From a virus (taxonomy: Duplodnaviria > Caudoviricetes), in IMG/VR virus record IMGVR_UViG_3300037419_003062, positions 1 to 28,690 of that record: a stretch of DNA of 28,690 bases; one strand, given 5' to 3'. Positions 7,007 to 17,600 of the stretch are shown piece by piece (the stretch's first letter is position 1; each line of letters starts with the position of its first letter). The notes beneath the pieces are model-generated. The model was given only the letters and a program-made list of their open reading frames with translations, was not told the DNA's origin and did no database searches. A program made the translations under genes and the position numbers.

Positions 7007-8650
7007 ATGCCGAATATACCCGAAGTGCTAAATGCATTGAACCCGTTTAAATCGGGATTGCGGGAAGCAACAATTGAATCGGACGGCGTAAATTACGAAG
7101 TATTCCAGCAGGGAAAGCTTTTTAACACAGAAGGAATCTTCCCGCCTGCCGAGGACATCGAACGATTAAGCCGCTACTATCGCGGGAGAAAAACGTTCGA
7201 CGGTAACTTGTGGGAAATTTATACACGCGCGAGCGATTTGTTAAAAGACACACCGCATGCTAAGCAATTAAAACAGCTATATATCGCTGTGAATATTATG
7301 GACGTATTGCTAACGAAGCCTGCCGATATGTTAGTCGGTGAGCCTCCGACTTACGAAAGCGGCATGCCGGATGATTCTCCGGAACAGCAAGCGCTAAATA
7401 GAATCGTCGAAGAAAACGATTTAAACTTGCAGATTCACGAGTCTGTAATCGGATCGGGATACCGTGGCGATAGCTTCTTCAAAACGTTCTATGGTTATCG
7501 CCAAGACTTCTCCGGAATAGGAAATGTGATTCCAATGGGAATTAATAAGGAGCCTATTATAGAAGCGGTAAATCCTTCGTATGTGTTCCCGGAATTATCG
7601 AAAGACAATGCAAAGAAATTCAAGGCAATCAACATCGCTTTTGTTGAATGGGTATACGTTCGAGGAGAAGGTGAAAAGCCATTCCTAAATGTCGAGAGAC
7701 ATCTTCCAGGTTATATCCATTATGAAAAATTTGCGTTAAGCCCGTATGATGTGGATAACTCTTACGGAGCGCCTATTCAACGCTTTATCATTGGTGAAAA
7801 GGTTGCAACCGGGAAAGAGTCCGATATTGTAGAAACTGGCGTACCGCGTTTACTAGTATTCCACTCTCCATATAAAACAGTCGATGACGCGTGGGAAGGT
7901 ATTAGTGGCATTCAAAAGATCGAAAGTGTCCTTGCGGCCATTAACGATTTGTTGGTGCAGCTCGATTTTATCCTGCACAAGCACAGCGATCCTACAGCAT
8001 ACGGGCCGGATTTGCCAACGGATACAGACGGTTCTATACGATTTGGTGGTAAATATATTCCGGTTAATAAAGACGAGCAAACTCCTGGATACATGACGTT
8101 CCTATCGTCGCAACAGTTAGACGGTGTATTCCGCGAGTTAGACTTGTTATTATCACTAGTTTATCAGATGTCCGAAACTCCGCAGTGGTTATTCGGTACT
8201 ACAATAGCAGGACAAAGTAAATCTGGTGAGGGTACGTCGCATACGGATGGCGTCGCAATTAAAGCTCGCTTCATGCCAATATTATCGAAGGTAAAACGAA
8301 TCAGAGTACACGTTGACCGTGCGATTCGCGATGCCTTATGGACTGCGATGGAGTTGGAGAATTACGCCAACGAAGGAGTCGACGGATTTGTTTCATACGA
8401 AGCGGTTTATCCGAAGATTAATTGGCAAGACGGTCTTCCGAAGAATGAGCTTGAAGAAGCGCAAATCATGGAGATTCGTACCGGTAAGAAGCCGACCATT
8501 GACGTCAAGACTGCGATTAAACGCCAGGATAATCTAAACGATATGCAGGCGCAAGAGGTATTTGACCGCATATCAGATGATGAAAAGACGATGAATGGCT
8601 TCGTCGATTCTTCGATATTCAGTAATAACGGAGTTGGAGGCAGTAAGTAA
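7007..8650 (+). CDS. Portal protein (SPP1 gp6-like)
   Basis: Position after TerL, 547 aa, motifs ADMLVGEPP...SETPQWLFG...I.WQDGLP. Confidence 0.92.
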   Translation: MPNIPEVLNALNPFKSGLREATIESDGVNYEVFQQGKLFNTEGIFPPAEDIERLSRYYRGRKTFDGNLWEIYTRASDLLKDTPHAKQLKQLYIAVNIMDVLLTKPADMLVGEPPTYESGMPDDSPEQQALNRIVEENDLNLQIHESVIGSGYRGDSFFKTFYGYRQDFSGIGNVIPMGINKEPIIEAVNPSYVFPELSKDNAKKFKAINIAFVEWVYVRGEGEKPFLNVERHLPGYIHYEKFALSPYDVDNSYGAPIQRFIIGEKVATGKESDIVETGVPRLLVFHSPYKTVDDAWEGISGIQKIESVLAAINDLLVQLDFILHKHSDPTAYGPDLPTDTDGSIRFGGKYIPVNKDEQTPGYMTFLSSQQLDGVFRELDLLLSLVYQMSETPQWLFGTTIAGQSKSGEGTSHTDGVAIKARFMPILSKVKRIRVHVDRAIRDALWTAMELENYANEGVDGFVSYEAVYPKINWQDGLPKNELEEAQIMEIRTGKKPTIDVKTAIKRQDNLNDMQAQEVFDRISDDEKTMNGFVDSSIFSNNGVGGSK

Positions 8651-9531
8651 TGGCTGAGTTTGACCGCCAAGTACCGCAACCTGAGTATGATTACGAAATA
8701 TCCCGTCTTGTCCGCTATTATCAGCAGGCAGTACGGGATATTTTAGTTCAGCTCGAAAGAGTTGACTTAACTAACGCGACCAAAGCGAATCAAAGAGCGG
8801 TATTGGCTGATATTGCAAAGGTACTTTCGCAGCTAGACGTCAATGCTTCCGCTTGGGTTGAAGCGAATATACCGATTGCTGCGCGAGAAGGCGTGGCTAG
8901 TACGTTGGTAACGTTGGGACTCGCTCAGACGTTCGATGAGGCGATGAAAGTGGTCGAGTTCAACCGACTGAACCGTCATATGATTGAAACGGCTGTGGCC
9001 GACACTCAGAACGATTTGCTTCAGATTACGCAGAACATGGATCGCAAGATTAAGACGGCTATCCGCCAGTCTGTCGCTGAAGTCATGCGGTCGAATATGT
9101 CGCAAGGAATTAACGGTAGGAAGACAATTAGTCGCGAGATTCTATCCGAATTACGGAAGCAACTTGGAGATTCGGTGAATACCGGCATCGTTGACCAAGC
9201 AGGTCGCCGTTGGAAGCCGGAAACATATGCCGAAATGGTGACTAGAACGAAGATGATGCGCACGAGGATGGACGCCACGATTAACGAAGCTGTCGGTCGT
9301 GAAGCGTACTATGGCACCGTAAGTCGTAACGGTTCTAAACACGAAGAATGCCGTGTATGGGAAGGTAAAATCGTAAAGTTAGTACGGGAGGCTCCTGGAG
9401 ATTATCCGTATATCGGAGACTTGCGCAATCAATCTCGCGGGTTATTCCATCCAAATTGCCAGCATCAGGTATTACCAGTACGTGATCCTAATCTATTGCC
9501 GCAATCAATTAAAGATATTAACGGTTTATAA
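8650..9531 (+). CDS. Phage minor capsid / head morphogenesis protein
   Basis: D.AGRRW..ETYAEMVTRT...C..WEGK...GLFHPNCQH signature; follows portal. Confidence 0.9.
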   Translation: MAEFDRQVPQPEYDYEISRLVRYYQQAVRDILVQLERVDLTNATKANQRAVLADIAKVLSQLDVNASAWVEANIPIAAREGVASTLVTLGLAQTFDEAMKVVEFNRLNRHMIETAVADTQNDLLQITQNMDRKIKTAIRQSVAEVMRSNMSQGINGRKTISREILSELRKQLGDSVNTGIVDQAGRRWKPETYAEMVTRTKMMRTRMDATINEAVGREAYYGTVSRNGSKHEECRVWEGKIVKLVREAPGDYPYIGDLRNQSRGLFHPNCQHQVLPVRDPNLLPQSIKDINGL

Positions 9532-9557
9532 GGCGCTAACAAGGCGTCTTTTATTTT
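9531..9557 (+). terminator. Intrinsic terminator
   Basis: AGGCGC-taacaag-GCGTCT followed by TTTATTTT. Confidence 0.55.
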
Positions 9558-9620
9558 GCCTTACGGAATGGCGTTAAACTTTCGGATGATTAACTAATAG
9601 GCGACGGCCTTAAAACGGTT
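9557..9620 (+). promoter_or_regulatory. Scaffold-gene leader with two hairpin-TTAAA units (resembles GP20-type phage leader RNAs)
   Basis: TGCC-ttacggaat-GGCG-TTAAA and GGC-gacg-GCC-TTAAAA directly upstream of the scaffold SD. Confidence 0.45.
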
Positions 9621-9629
9621 GAGGTACAA

Positions 9630-10337
9630 ATGAACAAGTTTAAAATGAATCTTCAAAACTTCGCTGACGGCGGCGAGCCTGATAACACGCCAGATAATAC
9701 TCCTGATGATGGAGCGCAACCTGACGATAATAAGCCGGAAGTAAAAACGTACACGCAAGAACAAATCGATAAGATGATTGCTGATCGCATTGCTAGAGAG
9801 CGCAAAAAGTACGCTGACTATGATGATCTACGCAAGAAAGCGGATGAGTATGAAAAAGCGGAAACTGAGCGCAGGAAAGCAGAAATGGATATTCAAGATC
9901 GGCTGAAACTTGAGAAAGAAGAGGCGGAAAAGAAAGCTCTTGAAAAGGAGCAACAGGCACTAACCGCAATGGAAAAAGCTAATGCGCGTCTCATCAAATC
10001 CGAGTTCAAGCTTATTGCGAAGGACGCAGGAATTAGAGCGGACGCATTAGAAGACGCATTCAAACTTGCAGATATATCTTCTGTCAATGTTGACGAGGAC
10101 GGCGCCGTCGAAGGAGTTAAATCCGTGGTTGATGCGTTAATACAAGCGAAGCCTTATTTGGCGGAGCAAACGAAAAAAGAACCGAGAACCATCGGAGGTT
10201 CTTCGAATCCGACTCCGGATGCTACCGCTAAGACTGCCGAGCAACTTCTTAAAGATGCCGCAGAGAAGGCGAAACGTACTGGACGTATGGACGACAGGGC
10301 CGCATATGCAGCATTAAAACGTGAATTAGGTTTATAA
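9630..10337 (+). CDS. Capsid scaffolding protein (DUF4355/GP20-like)
   Basis: MNLQNFAD N-terminus, acidic linker, YTQEQIDKMIADRIARER coiled coil, KPYL motif; precedes MCP. Confidence 0.9.
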   Translation: MNKFKMNLQNFADGGEPDNTPDNTPDDGAQPDDNKPEVKTYTQEQIDKMIADRIARERKKYADYDDLRKKADEYEKAETERRKAEMDIQDRLKLEKEEAEKKALEKEQQALTAMEKANARLIKSEFKLIAKDAGIRADALEDAFKLADISSVNVDEDGAVEGVKSVVDALIQAKPYLAEQTKKEPRTIGGSSNPTPDATAKTAEQLLKDAAEKAKRTGRMDDRAAYAALKRELGL

Positions 10338-10340
10338 ATC

Positions 10341-10368
10341 GGCGCACCGAATATCGGGCGTCTTTTTT
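10341..10368 (+). terminator. Intrinsic terminator/attenuator between scaffold and MCP
   Basis: GGCGC-a-CCGA-ata-TCGG-GCGTC followed by TTTTTT. Confidence 0.55.
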
Positions 10369-10401
10369 AATTTCTATTAACTATTAGGGGGACTATTTAA
10401 A

Positions 10402-11490
10402 ATGGCTAAAAATCCTATTTATGATGCTTCACTCATAGGCAAGAAAATCAGCGTCGTTGACGAGGTTTTATTGCTTAATCCACATACCACTCCAATGATT
10501 TCTTTACTTGGTTTTGGTCAGGCTGTAACGCAGACTAACCATCAATGGTATGAAGACTCTCTTTATAACGACGAATCTAAAGTATCTGGCGCTCAAACTA
10601 ACGTAGCTACTTCTATTCCTGTTATTGATGGAACTCCTTTCCGTGCTGGACACGTAGTTAAAGTTGCTGACGAATTAATGCTTGTTACTGCTGTATCTTC
10701 TAACACACTAACTGTAACTCGCGGATATGGCGGAACTACTGCTGCAGCAATCGCTGACCAATCTAAAATCGAAGTTATGTTCGTAGAAGGAAGCGAAGGA
10801 GCTGACGCTCGTACTGCTCGTTATAAGGCTCGCGTTCAGCAGTCCAACAATACTCAAATCTTCGACGATTCAATCCAAATCAGCGGAAGTGCAGAAGCTG
10901 TTACTCAGTATGGAATCTCTGATTTATACGAGTATGAAAAGCAGAAAAAATTGTTGGAATTAAGTCTACAATTAGAGAAAGCCATTCTTGGCGGCGTGGG
11001 ATATACCAGCGGACAAATCCGTCAAATGAAAGGTATCCGTAACTGGATCGCTACAAACGTTACTAACGTTGCTGGCGCACTTGCCGCAACTAACATCAAC
11101 GACCTTGCACAGTCTATCTACGAAGCAGGTGGATTTGCTGGTGGTGGAGACTACAAAATCGTTGTAGGAGCAAAGCAAAAACGCGCTATCTCTGCTTTCG
11201 ATAACAATAAGCTTTATATCACTCAAGCTGAGAACAGCAGGGGTGTTAAAGTTGACCACTTCGTATCTGAATTTGGTGAGTTCGAAATCGTTCTTAACAA
11301 CAATTTGAACGCTGACGAGTTACTTCTTATCGATGCTAACCGTGCTGCTATCCGTCCGCTTCAAGGTCGTGACTTCTTCCACAAATTTATGGGAGATCAA
11401 GGTGACTACACAACTGGTATCCTTGTTGGTGAGTACACGCTTGAGTTCAAGCAAGAGAAAGCTCATGGTCGCTTAAGAGGATTATCTTAA
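10402..11490 (+). CDS. Major capsid protein (DUF5309/SU10-type, HK97 fold) with an inserted beta-domain
   Basis: TPMISLLG...HQWYED...EGADA...NNTQIF...SGSAEAV...GEYTLE; strongly biased high-expression codon usage. Confidence 0.92.
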   Translation: MAKNPIYDASLIGKKISVVDEVLLLNPHTTPMISLLGFGQAVTQTNHQWYEDSLYNDESKVSGAQTNVATSIPVIDGTPFRAGHVVKVADELMLVTAVSSNTLTVTRGYGGTTAAAIADQSKIEVMFVEGSEGADARTARYKARVQQSNNTQIFDDSIQISGSAEAVTQYGISDLYEYEKQKKLLELSLQLEKAILGGVGYTSGQIRQMKGIRNWIATNVTNVAGALAATNINDLAQSIYEAGGFAGGGDYKIVVGAKQKRAISAFDNNKLYITQAENSRGVKVDHFVSEFGEFEIVLNNNLNADELLLIDANRAAIRPLQGRDFFHKFMGDQGDYTTGILVGEYTLEFKQEKAHGRLRGLS

Positions 11491-11502
11491 TATTAACTAA
11501 TC

Positions 11503-11535
11503 GCCCGCAGGTTATCGCTTGCGGGCTTTTATTTT
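11503..11535 (+). terminator. Intrinsic terminator after MCP
   Basis: GCCCGCAGG-ttatcg-CTTGCGGGC followed by TTTTATTTT. Confidence 0.7.
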
Positions 11536-11548
11536 ACGGAGGTACCGT

Positions 11549-11767
11549 ATGGCTAAGTTTACAAGTCGTTACGATAGGTTCGGTTTCTACGTTAACGGCC
11601 AGCTAAAGCAATTTTTTGCAGGTCAATACGCCACCGAAGACAAAGCGGAGATTGAAGTATTATCCGCAATGTCTGAAGTAGAGCGCGTCGATGAACCAGC
11701 GAAAGCAGAAGTAAAGAAAGCGGAGGAAAAGCCCGCAAAAGCGCCAGCTAAAACCTCCGAAAAATAA
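11549..11767 (+). CDS. Small head-associated hypothetical protein (start corrected to ATG 11549)
   Basis: SD GGAGGT before ATG 11549; K/A/E/P-rich tail typical of genes following MCP. Confidence 0.75.
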   Translation: MAKFTSRYDRFGFYVNGQLKQFFAGQYATEDKAEIEVLSAMSEVERVDEPAKAEVKKAEEKPAKAPAKTSEK

Positions 11768-11781
11768 CGGAGGTGTAACGC

Positions 11782-12141
11782 ATGGCCATTAATGTTTCCG
11801 TTGACCAAGCGGAAGATTACTTCGGAACCAACGTTCTTTTTACGGACGAGTGGGATTCGGCAGATTATTCGAAGAAAGAAAAAGCGCTGACTAACGCAGA
11901 ACGCCAATTATATCGGTATTACACCGCCTATAATTCTACTAATAAACCTGTTCCGAATGAAGCTGTATTCGAGCAGGCGTTATGGCTCCTTCGCCTTGAC
12001 GATTCAATCCGTAAAGCCGATCAAGGCGTCCGTCAAATCTCCGTAAGCGGAATTACGATTGCCATTGACCGCGCACCGGATTACATTGCGCCTGAGGTCC
12101 GAAAGATTCTCGGTCGCCGTATGGGATGGAGCGTGATGTAG
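11782..12141 (+). CDS. Head-tail adaptor (gp15/DnaT-like)
   Basis: SVDQAEDYF...W...KEKAL..A...EAVFEQALWLL; position in neck module. Confidence 0.75.
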   Translation: MAINVSVDQAEDYFGTNVLFTDEWDSADYSKKEKALTNAERQLYRYYTAYNSTNKPVPNEAVFEQALWLLRLDDSIRKADQGVRQISVSGITIAIDRAPDYIAPEVRKILGRRMGWSVM

Positions 12142-12549
12142 ATGACGAATTGGATCGACTTAAAAAGTCTTACATGGTCACCGTACAATGAAGCACCTCC
12201 GCAATCTCCGTCTGCTACTGCGTCAAGTAGTTCATCGCTCATACCATTGAAGGACGAAGTTGTTATCGCCAAAGTAACAGGACTAGACGACTATGGACAG
12301 CCGATTTTCGGCCAGTCGACGACTTACAAATGCAGGATTGACGAAGGTACGAAGTTAACTCGCAACCAACAAGGAAGCGAAGTTATATCAGCGGCGCAGA
12401 TACTATTATCCGGTGGCGTGGCGGTTGGATATAACAATGTGTTTATCTTTGTTGATGCCGGAGGAGAACAACGTGCAGCGAATCCAATCCGCATAAGTAC
12501 GGTCAAAGATATATCGTCTAAGCCGTTGTTTACGAAGGTGGAATTGTAA
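12142..12549 (+). CDS. Head closure / stopper protein with an N-terminal Trp-motif and Pro/Ser linker extension
   Basis: Core LIPLKDEV...DDYGQP...YKCRIDEGTKL.RN..G.EV.S; extension MTNWIDLKSLTWSPYNEAPPQSPSATASSSSS. Confidence 0.7.
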   Translation: MTNWIDLKSLTWSPYNEAPPQSPSATASSSSSLIPLKDEVVIAKVTGLDDYGQPIFGQSTTYKCRIDEGTKLTRNQQGSEVISAAQILLSGGVAVGYNNVFIFVDAGGEQRAANPIRISTVKDISSKPLFTKVEL

Positions 12550-12974
12550 TGGCGGATATTGTATGGAACGGTGACGCAGTATTGGCGAATATATTAGCAG
12601 CTACTAAACGAGCGATGAACAATTGTGTTGACGATTTAGTTCGGACTTCTTCCGAAGCCACTCCTCACGATAAAGGATTCTTAGATGAGTCATGGGATCG
12701 CGAGGTAAAGGTTGAGAACGGCGAAGTTGTCGGAGCTGTCGGATATGGTGTGCGTGAAAAGGACCGGTCAGGAAACGTTACAAACTACGCTGTATGGATT
12801 CACGAAGGAACGTATAATCTTGGCGAAGGTTCGCTTGCTAAATCAGGCGGAGATAGTGGATTGAGCGGTAAACATTATCCGGTTGGTAATAAGTTTTTGG
12901 AGCGCCCGTTTAAAGGCGATTCTAAATCGTATGAAAAGCATATAGCAGATATGGTGAAGGAGGCGTTGAAGTAA
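12549..12974 (+). CDS. HK97 gp10-like neck/tail-completion protein
   Basis: TPHDKGFLDES...NYAVWIHEG...GNKFLERP motif. Confidence 0.8.
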   Translation: MADIVWNGDAVLANILAATKRAMNNCVDDLVRTSSEATPHDKGFLDESWDREVKVENGEVVGAVGYGVREKDRSGNVTNYAVWIHEGTYNLGEGSLAKSGGDSGLSGKHYPVGNKFLERPFKGDSKSYEKHIADMVKEALK

Positions 12975-12975
12975 C

Positions 12976-13347
12976 GTGCTGGCAGTTATCGATATAATTA
13001 ACTATTTAAAAACGGCGATACCGTACACATATTACGCCAACGAATTTCCTGCTACGGCTGCAGATGACATTGCATACGTGAGATTTACTGGCGGAGGTTC
13101 TCCGGACCATACCGTTTCTATAAAACGTCCATCTTTTCAAGTGCTAGTGCGGTCTAAATCAGTAGTGACTGCGGAAGCAAAAGCTAACGTTATTCACTCT
13201 GACTTACACCAAAAGCGAGATTTTACGCTAGGAACCACGCGAGTTATCGTATGTACTGGCGATCAGAGTACTCCGGTATATATTGGGATGGATGCGAATA
13301 GTCGAGCGTTATATTCGATAAATTTTACGGCAGTGATTGCGGAGTGA
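12976..13347 (+). CDS. Tail terminator (Minor_capsid_3-like)
   Basis: RPSFQVLVRS...A...I...L...P.YIG.D.N.R..YSINF motif; directly upstream of MTP. Confidence 0.8.
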   Translation: MLAVIDIINYLKTAIPYTYYANEFPATAADDIAYVRFTGGGSPDHTVSIKRPSFQVLVRSKSVVTAEAKANVIHSDLHQKRDFTLGTTRVIVCTGDQSTPVYIGMDANSRALYSINFTAVIAE

Positions 13348-13351
13348 TGTT

Positions 13352-13519
13352 ATGAAAATACGTTGCAAACAAGCGGACGGTGAGATCGGATTAAACGGTA
13401 CTTACTGGACGGTTGAAAATCATGTCGCTGATGTTCCTGATGATGCAGCGGCTATTTTGCTTGACCGTTACTCCGATAACTTCGGAGTTTACGAAGAAAC
13501 CATTGAGGAGGAATCGTAA
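13352..13519 (+). CDS. Small hypothetical protein (55 aa)
   Basis: SD GGAGTG before ATG 13352; stop overlaps the MTP start. Confidence 0.65.
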   Translation: MKIRCKQADGEIGLNGTYWTVENHVADVPDDAAAILLDRYSDNFGVYEETIEEES

Positions 13520-14064
13520 TGCCATTAACTACAGTTACAAAGATTCTTGGTATTAATGACATCAAAATCAGTAAGCTTACTGTTGATGACGGAACCACTT
13601 TAACGTATCAGACTTCTGTAGACGTTCCTGGTTCTACATCTTTAAAATTAGGCGCTAAGTTCGTAGAGAAGGAACTTCGTGGTGACGAAGTAATTCTTGA
13701 CCGTTACACTAAGATCGATTCTATCGACTTCTCTTTCGACCATGCAAAAGTTTCTCTTGACGTTTTAAACGTAATCTTAGGAGGAACTACTGCGGCTGCC
13801 GGAACAACGCCTGCACAAACTCAAACTTACACTCTTAAAGGAACCGATATTCCTAACTACTTCAAAATCGAAGGCCAATCGAAATATACCGACGCTGGAG
13901 ATGTTCATATCATCCTTTATAAGTGCAAAATCAACAAGTTTGACTATGAATTGAAAGGCGAAGATTACGCTAGTGTTTCTATTAGCGGAACTGCAATTCC
14001 TACTGCAAAAGACAGCAAGATCAAAGATGTTATCATCAACGAAACTGCTGCGGCAATCGTTTAA
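13519..14064 (+). CDS. Major tail (tube) protein
   Basis: ELRGD..ILD...PNYFKIEGQ...GDVHIILYKCK; high-expression codon bias; position. Confidence 0.88.
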   Translation: MPLTTVTKILGINDIKISKLTVDDGTTLTYQTSVDVPGSTSLKLGAKFVEKELRGDEVILDRYTKIDSIDFSFDHAKVSLDVLNVILGGTTAAAGTTPAQTQTYTLKGTDIPNYFKIEGQSKYTDAGDVHIILYKCKINKFDYELKGEDYASVSISGTAIPTAKDSKIKDVIINETAAAIV

Positions 14065-14075
14065 TAACAATTTAT

Positions 14076-14105
14076 GGGCGGCTTAGTGCCGTCCTATTTT
14101 ATTTG
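14076..14105 (+). terminator. Intrinsic terminator after MTP
   Basis: GGGCGGC-ttagt-GCCGTCC followed by TATTTTATTT. Confidence 0.65.
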
Positions 14106-14113
14106 GAGGTAAC

Positions 14114-14437
14114 ATGGGTAATTTAGGAGACATTCGTATTAAATCGGTTTCTATTAATTTGGACAAAGAACGCAATCTTTTGTTTGATCTTAACGCATTC
14201 GCAGAGCTTGAGGATGTATACGGAGAAATTGATGAAGCTTTAAATGCAATTGGCCGTGGATCTATTAAAGCTGTTCGTGCTGTATTATTCGCTGGACTCG
14301 TTCACGAAGATGAATCTCTTACCGTTAAATCCGTCGGTAAACTTGTAACGCTTAAGAATCTCCAGGAAGTATCTGCAGCTCTTACCGAAGCTATAAAGCA
14401 GGCTATGCCACAGGGAAACGAGACAGCCCAACCGTAG
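14114..14437 (+). CDS. Tail assembly chaperone (G)
   Basis: LDKERNLLFDLNAFAELED.YG...AVLFAGLVHEDE.LT; between MTP and TMP. Confidence 0.88.
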   Translation: MGNLGDIRIKSVSINLDKERNLLFDLNAFAELEDVYGEIDEALNAIGRGSIKAVRAVLFAGLVHEDESLTVKSVGKLVTLKNLQEVSAALTEAIKQAMPQGNETAQP

Positions 14438-14646
14438 ATGAAGACGATTCTAGCGGTTGGGACTGGTCATGGTTCTATTATTTAGGAACGGTAGTACTTG
14501 GTATGACGGAGGAACGATTTTGGCGTTCTACTCCTCGCAAAATAGCGGCACTCGCTGACGTCCATATGAAAGTAAACAGTGGTGGCGGTGAGGGATCGCC
14601 GCAGGAATCGCAGACACAAACGATAAACGACTTTATGTCGTGGTAA
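14413..14646 (+). CDS. Tail assembly chaperone extension (T part of GT), expressed by -1 frameshift at G GGA AAC (14413-14419)
   Basis: X XXY YYZ slippery site in the G reading frame; -1 frame is open to TAA 14644-14646 and reads ...WDWSWFYYLGTVVLGMTEERFWRSTPRKIAAL... Confidence 0.85.
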   Translation, partial: GKRDSPTVDEDDSSGWDWSWFYYLGTVVLGMTEERFWRSTPRKIAALADVHMKVNSGGGEGSPQESQTQTINDFMSW

Positions 14647-14661
14647 TAAGGAGGTGAGCGA

Positions 14662-17600
14662 GTGGCGTTACAAATCGGTGAACTTTTTGTAAATATAAAA
14701 GCTAACATGTCGGAGCTTAAACGTAACTTAGATCAAGCACGACAAGATAGTGAACGAGCAGGTAACGCGATTGGCGATGCACTTAAAAAAGGTTTCGGAT
14801 TTGCTGCAGGTATGGCCGGTTTTCAAGGTCTTAGTTCAGCTTTGCACGAATTAGCACAATCTGCGTTAGATTTCGGTGGGACCATGCAGAAGGTTAAAGT
14901 TCTTTCTGATGCTACCAACGAAGAAATGAAGCAGTTAACAGATACGGCCTTAAAAATGGCTCCAGCTATGGGATTCAAAGCAACGGAGGCTGCAGAAGGA
15001 TTGCAGGAGCTTGCAGCGAGTGGCTTTACCGCTCAACAAATGGCGGTAATGTTGCCTGCTGTAATGAGTGCTGCGGCTGCTTCAGGAGAGAAGCTAAGTT
15101 TGGCATCCGAATTAGTTGCGAGTCAGTTACACTCTTTCGGAATGGAAGCGTCACAGGCAGGGCATATTGCTGATGTCCTAGCGAAGGCTTCGAATATATC
15201 TGCGATAGGTATGCAGGACTTAAACTACTCACTTAAGTACGCAGGTCCTGTGGCTCATGCTGTCGGAGTTAGTTTCGAAGAGTTAGGAGCAGCAATCGCT
15301 GTGATGGGGAATAACGGTATTAAGGGTGAGCAAGCGGGTACAACATTACGTAGCTCTATCGAGAGTTTGATTAATCCATCGCGCGAAGCTAGAGACACGA
15401 TGGCTGCTCTAGGTATTAGTGTTAAAGATAGCCAAGGAAATTTACTTCCACTAGCTACTATACTCGGAACGTTCCAGGAAAAACTACAAAACGCTACATC
15501 TGCACAAAAAGCTCAAGCAGTAGCGATGATATTCGGTAAAGAGGCGGCAAGCGGTATGTTGTCGTTGATTGCCGCAGGACCGGATAAGTTGAAAGAGTTT
15601 ACGAAAGAGCTTGAAAACTCCGCTGGTTCATCTAAAAAAGCTGCTGAAGAGATGAATAACAATTTCGGCGGTAGTTTGAAGAAGTTACAGGGAACCATTC
15701 AAGCAGTCGCAGTAGACATTGAAAAAACACTAGATCCAATACTTAAGAGTGTTACGGATTCATTAAATAAAATGTTTTCATCGCTTAAAAACTCCGATGA
15801 ATTTAAAACTTCATTATCGCAATCTGCTTCTACAATAGCGTCCGTTTTTAAACTCGTAGTAGAAAATAGCGACAAAGTTATCCTCGCTATAAAAGCGATT
15901 TCCAGCGCATTTGTGGCTATGCGAGTTGTAGCTGTTTTAAATATCGCAACTATTGCTAAAGCATTGGAAACACTTAAGCTATTACTTTTAAGCACAAGAG
16001 GTTGGGTCGGAATTGCCGCTGCAGCGTTCGTTGTACTAGAGGATTCTGCCGGTAAAAATTTGTATGGAATCGGAGATAAACAAAGATCGCTAGGCGAATT
16101 TTTCGTGCAGTCTTGGAAACTAATGGTTAATAACGCTTTAATCATTTGGTATGGTTTTTGTCAATTAGTTAACCAAACAGCTAACGGAATATTCAAGGTT
16201 ATTAACGGTATTGGTAAGGCGTTTGGCTCGGCCGGTGATTTGATTAATACAAAGTGGATTGACGAACAGAAAGCACATTTGGAAGGCTTAGTCCAAGAGT
16301 CAGATAAATTAGCGAATAGCGTTGGCGACGCGGGCGCTAAAGTAGCCGAAGCGTTCTCTAGTTGGAAAACTCCAGGAGATCCAAACGCTGACTTCCAATC
16401 GCTTGATTCCGCTTCTTATAATACGAAGGCTGACCAAATAGCCGGATTAGGCGACGCTTTTAAGGGTCTAGGAGCAGACGCAAGCGCCGCAATGCCTGAA
16501 GTATCTGGTTTAGGTAGTTTGCTCGATGACATCGGACAAAAAAGCAAAAAAGGTGCAAAAGACAGTCGAGAAGAGTGGGAGAAACTTTCCGATGCTCTTC
16601 AATCGTCTCTCCGTGTTATCCAAGCGCAATGGCAGTTAACTACGATTGAAATGGGAGCCAATGCTGAGCAAACGAAGAAACTCGAAGCAGAGCTTTCATC
16701 GCTGAACGATCAGTATTACATTCAGAATCAAATTGTCGAAGAAGCCCGCCAAGGCTACGAAACTATGCTTGCAACGAAAGGTATTGCCGCTAAAGAAACA
16801 GCAGAAGCGGCGGATGCTTACGCCAAAGAATCGAAGACACTCGCGGATATGAAAGACCGCATGGACGAGATTAACCTTACACTTGCCAAACATGAGGAAA
16901 TTGTTAACAAACTTCGTGACGATATTAGTAATTTAAATATACTTCACGAAACACAACTTGCTAAACTAGCAGCTACCGCTACGAAAGTCGATGAATTAAG
17001 GCTAAAACAAAAACAACTTAACGAAGATTTAACGAAGCAAGCCGATTTGATTAAAGCTTTAACAACGGAATATGAAGCTGTGAAAGCAGCAAAAGGCGAA
17101 GATTCTAACGAGACTCGTAAAGCTTATACCGAACTGATAAAGGCCCAATCGGAAGAAGCAAAAATGCGTAAAGAGTTACGGGATACAGATAAGTCGTTTA
17201 AGGAACAAGCGAATAACGTTAAGGAACTCCGAGATAAACTAACGGACTTAACAACGAAATACGACGAAGTTATTAAGAAACAAAAAGACGACTTAGCTGA
17301 TGCTCTAAGTGATTATGCGAAAAAAGTATTAGAAACGAACAAGAAACTAGCAGACGATGAAAAGAAATTAACCGACGATTTCAAAAAGACTCTGAATGAT
17401 CGTGCTAAATCTCTTAGTGACTTCGTCGGACTCTTCGAAGCAGTACAGCCTAAGCAGGTGTCCGGTACTCAATTACTCAATAACCTAAAAGGACAAGTCG
17501 ATACGTTCGAAGGTTGGCAGAAGAATATTCAGACGCTTGCCGCTAAAGGCGTTGATCAAGGGCTAATTGCTGAGTTGAAAGAAATGGGACCGAAGTCTGC

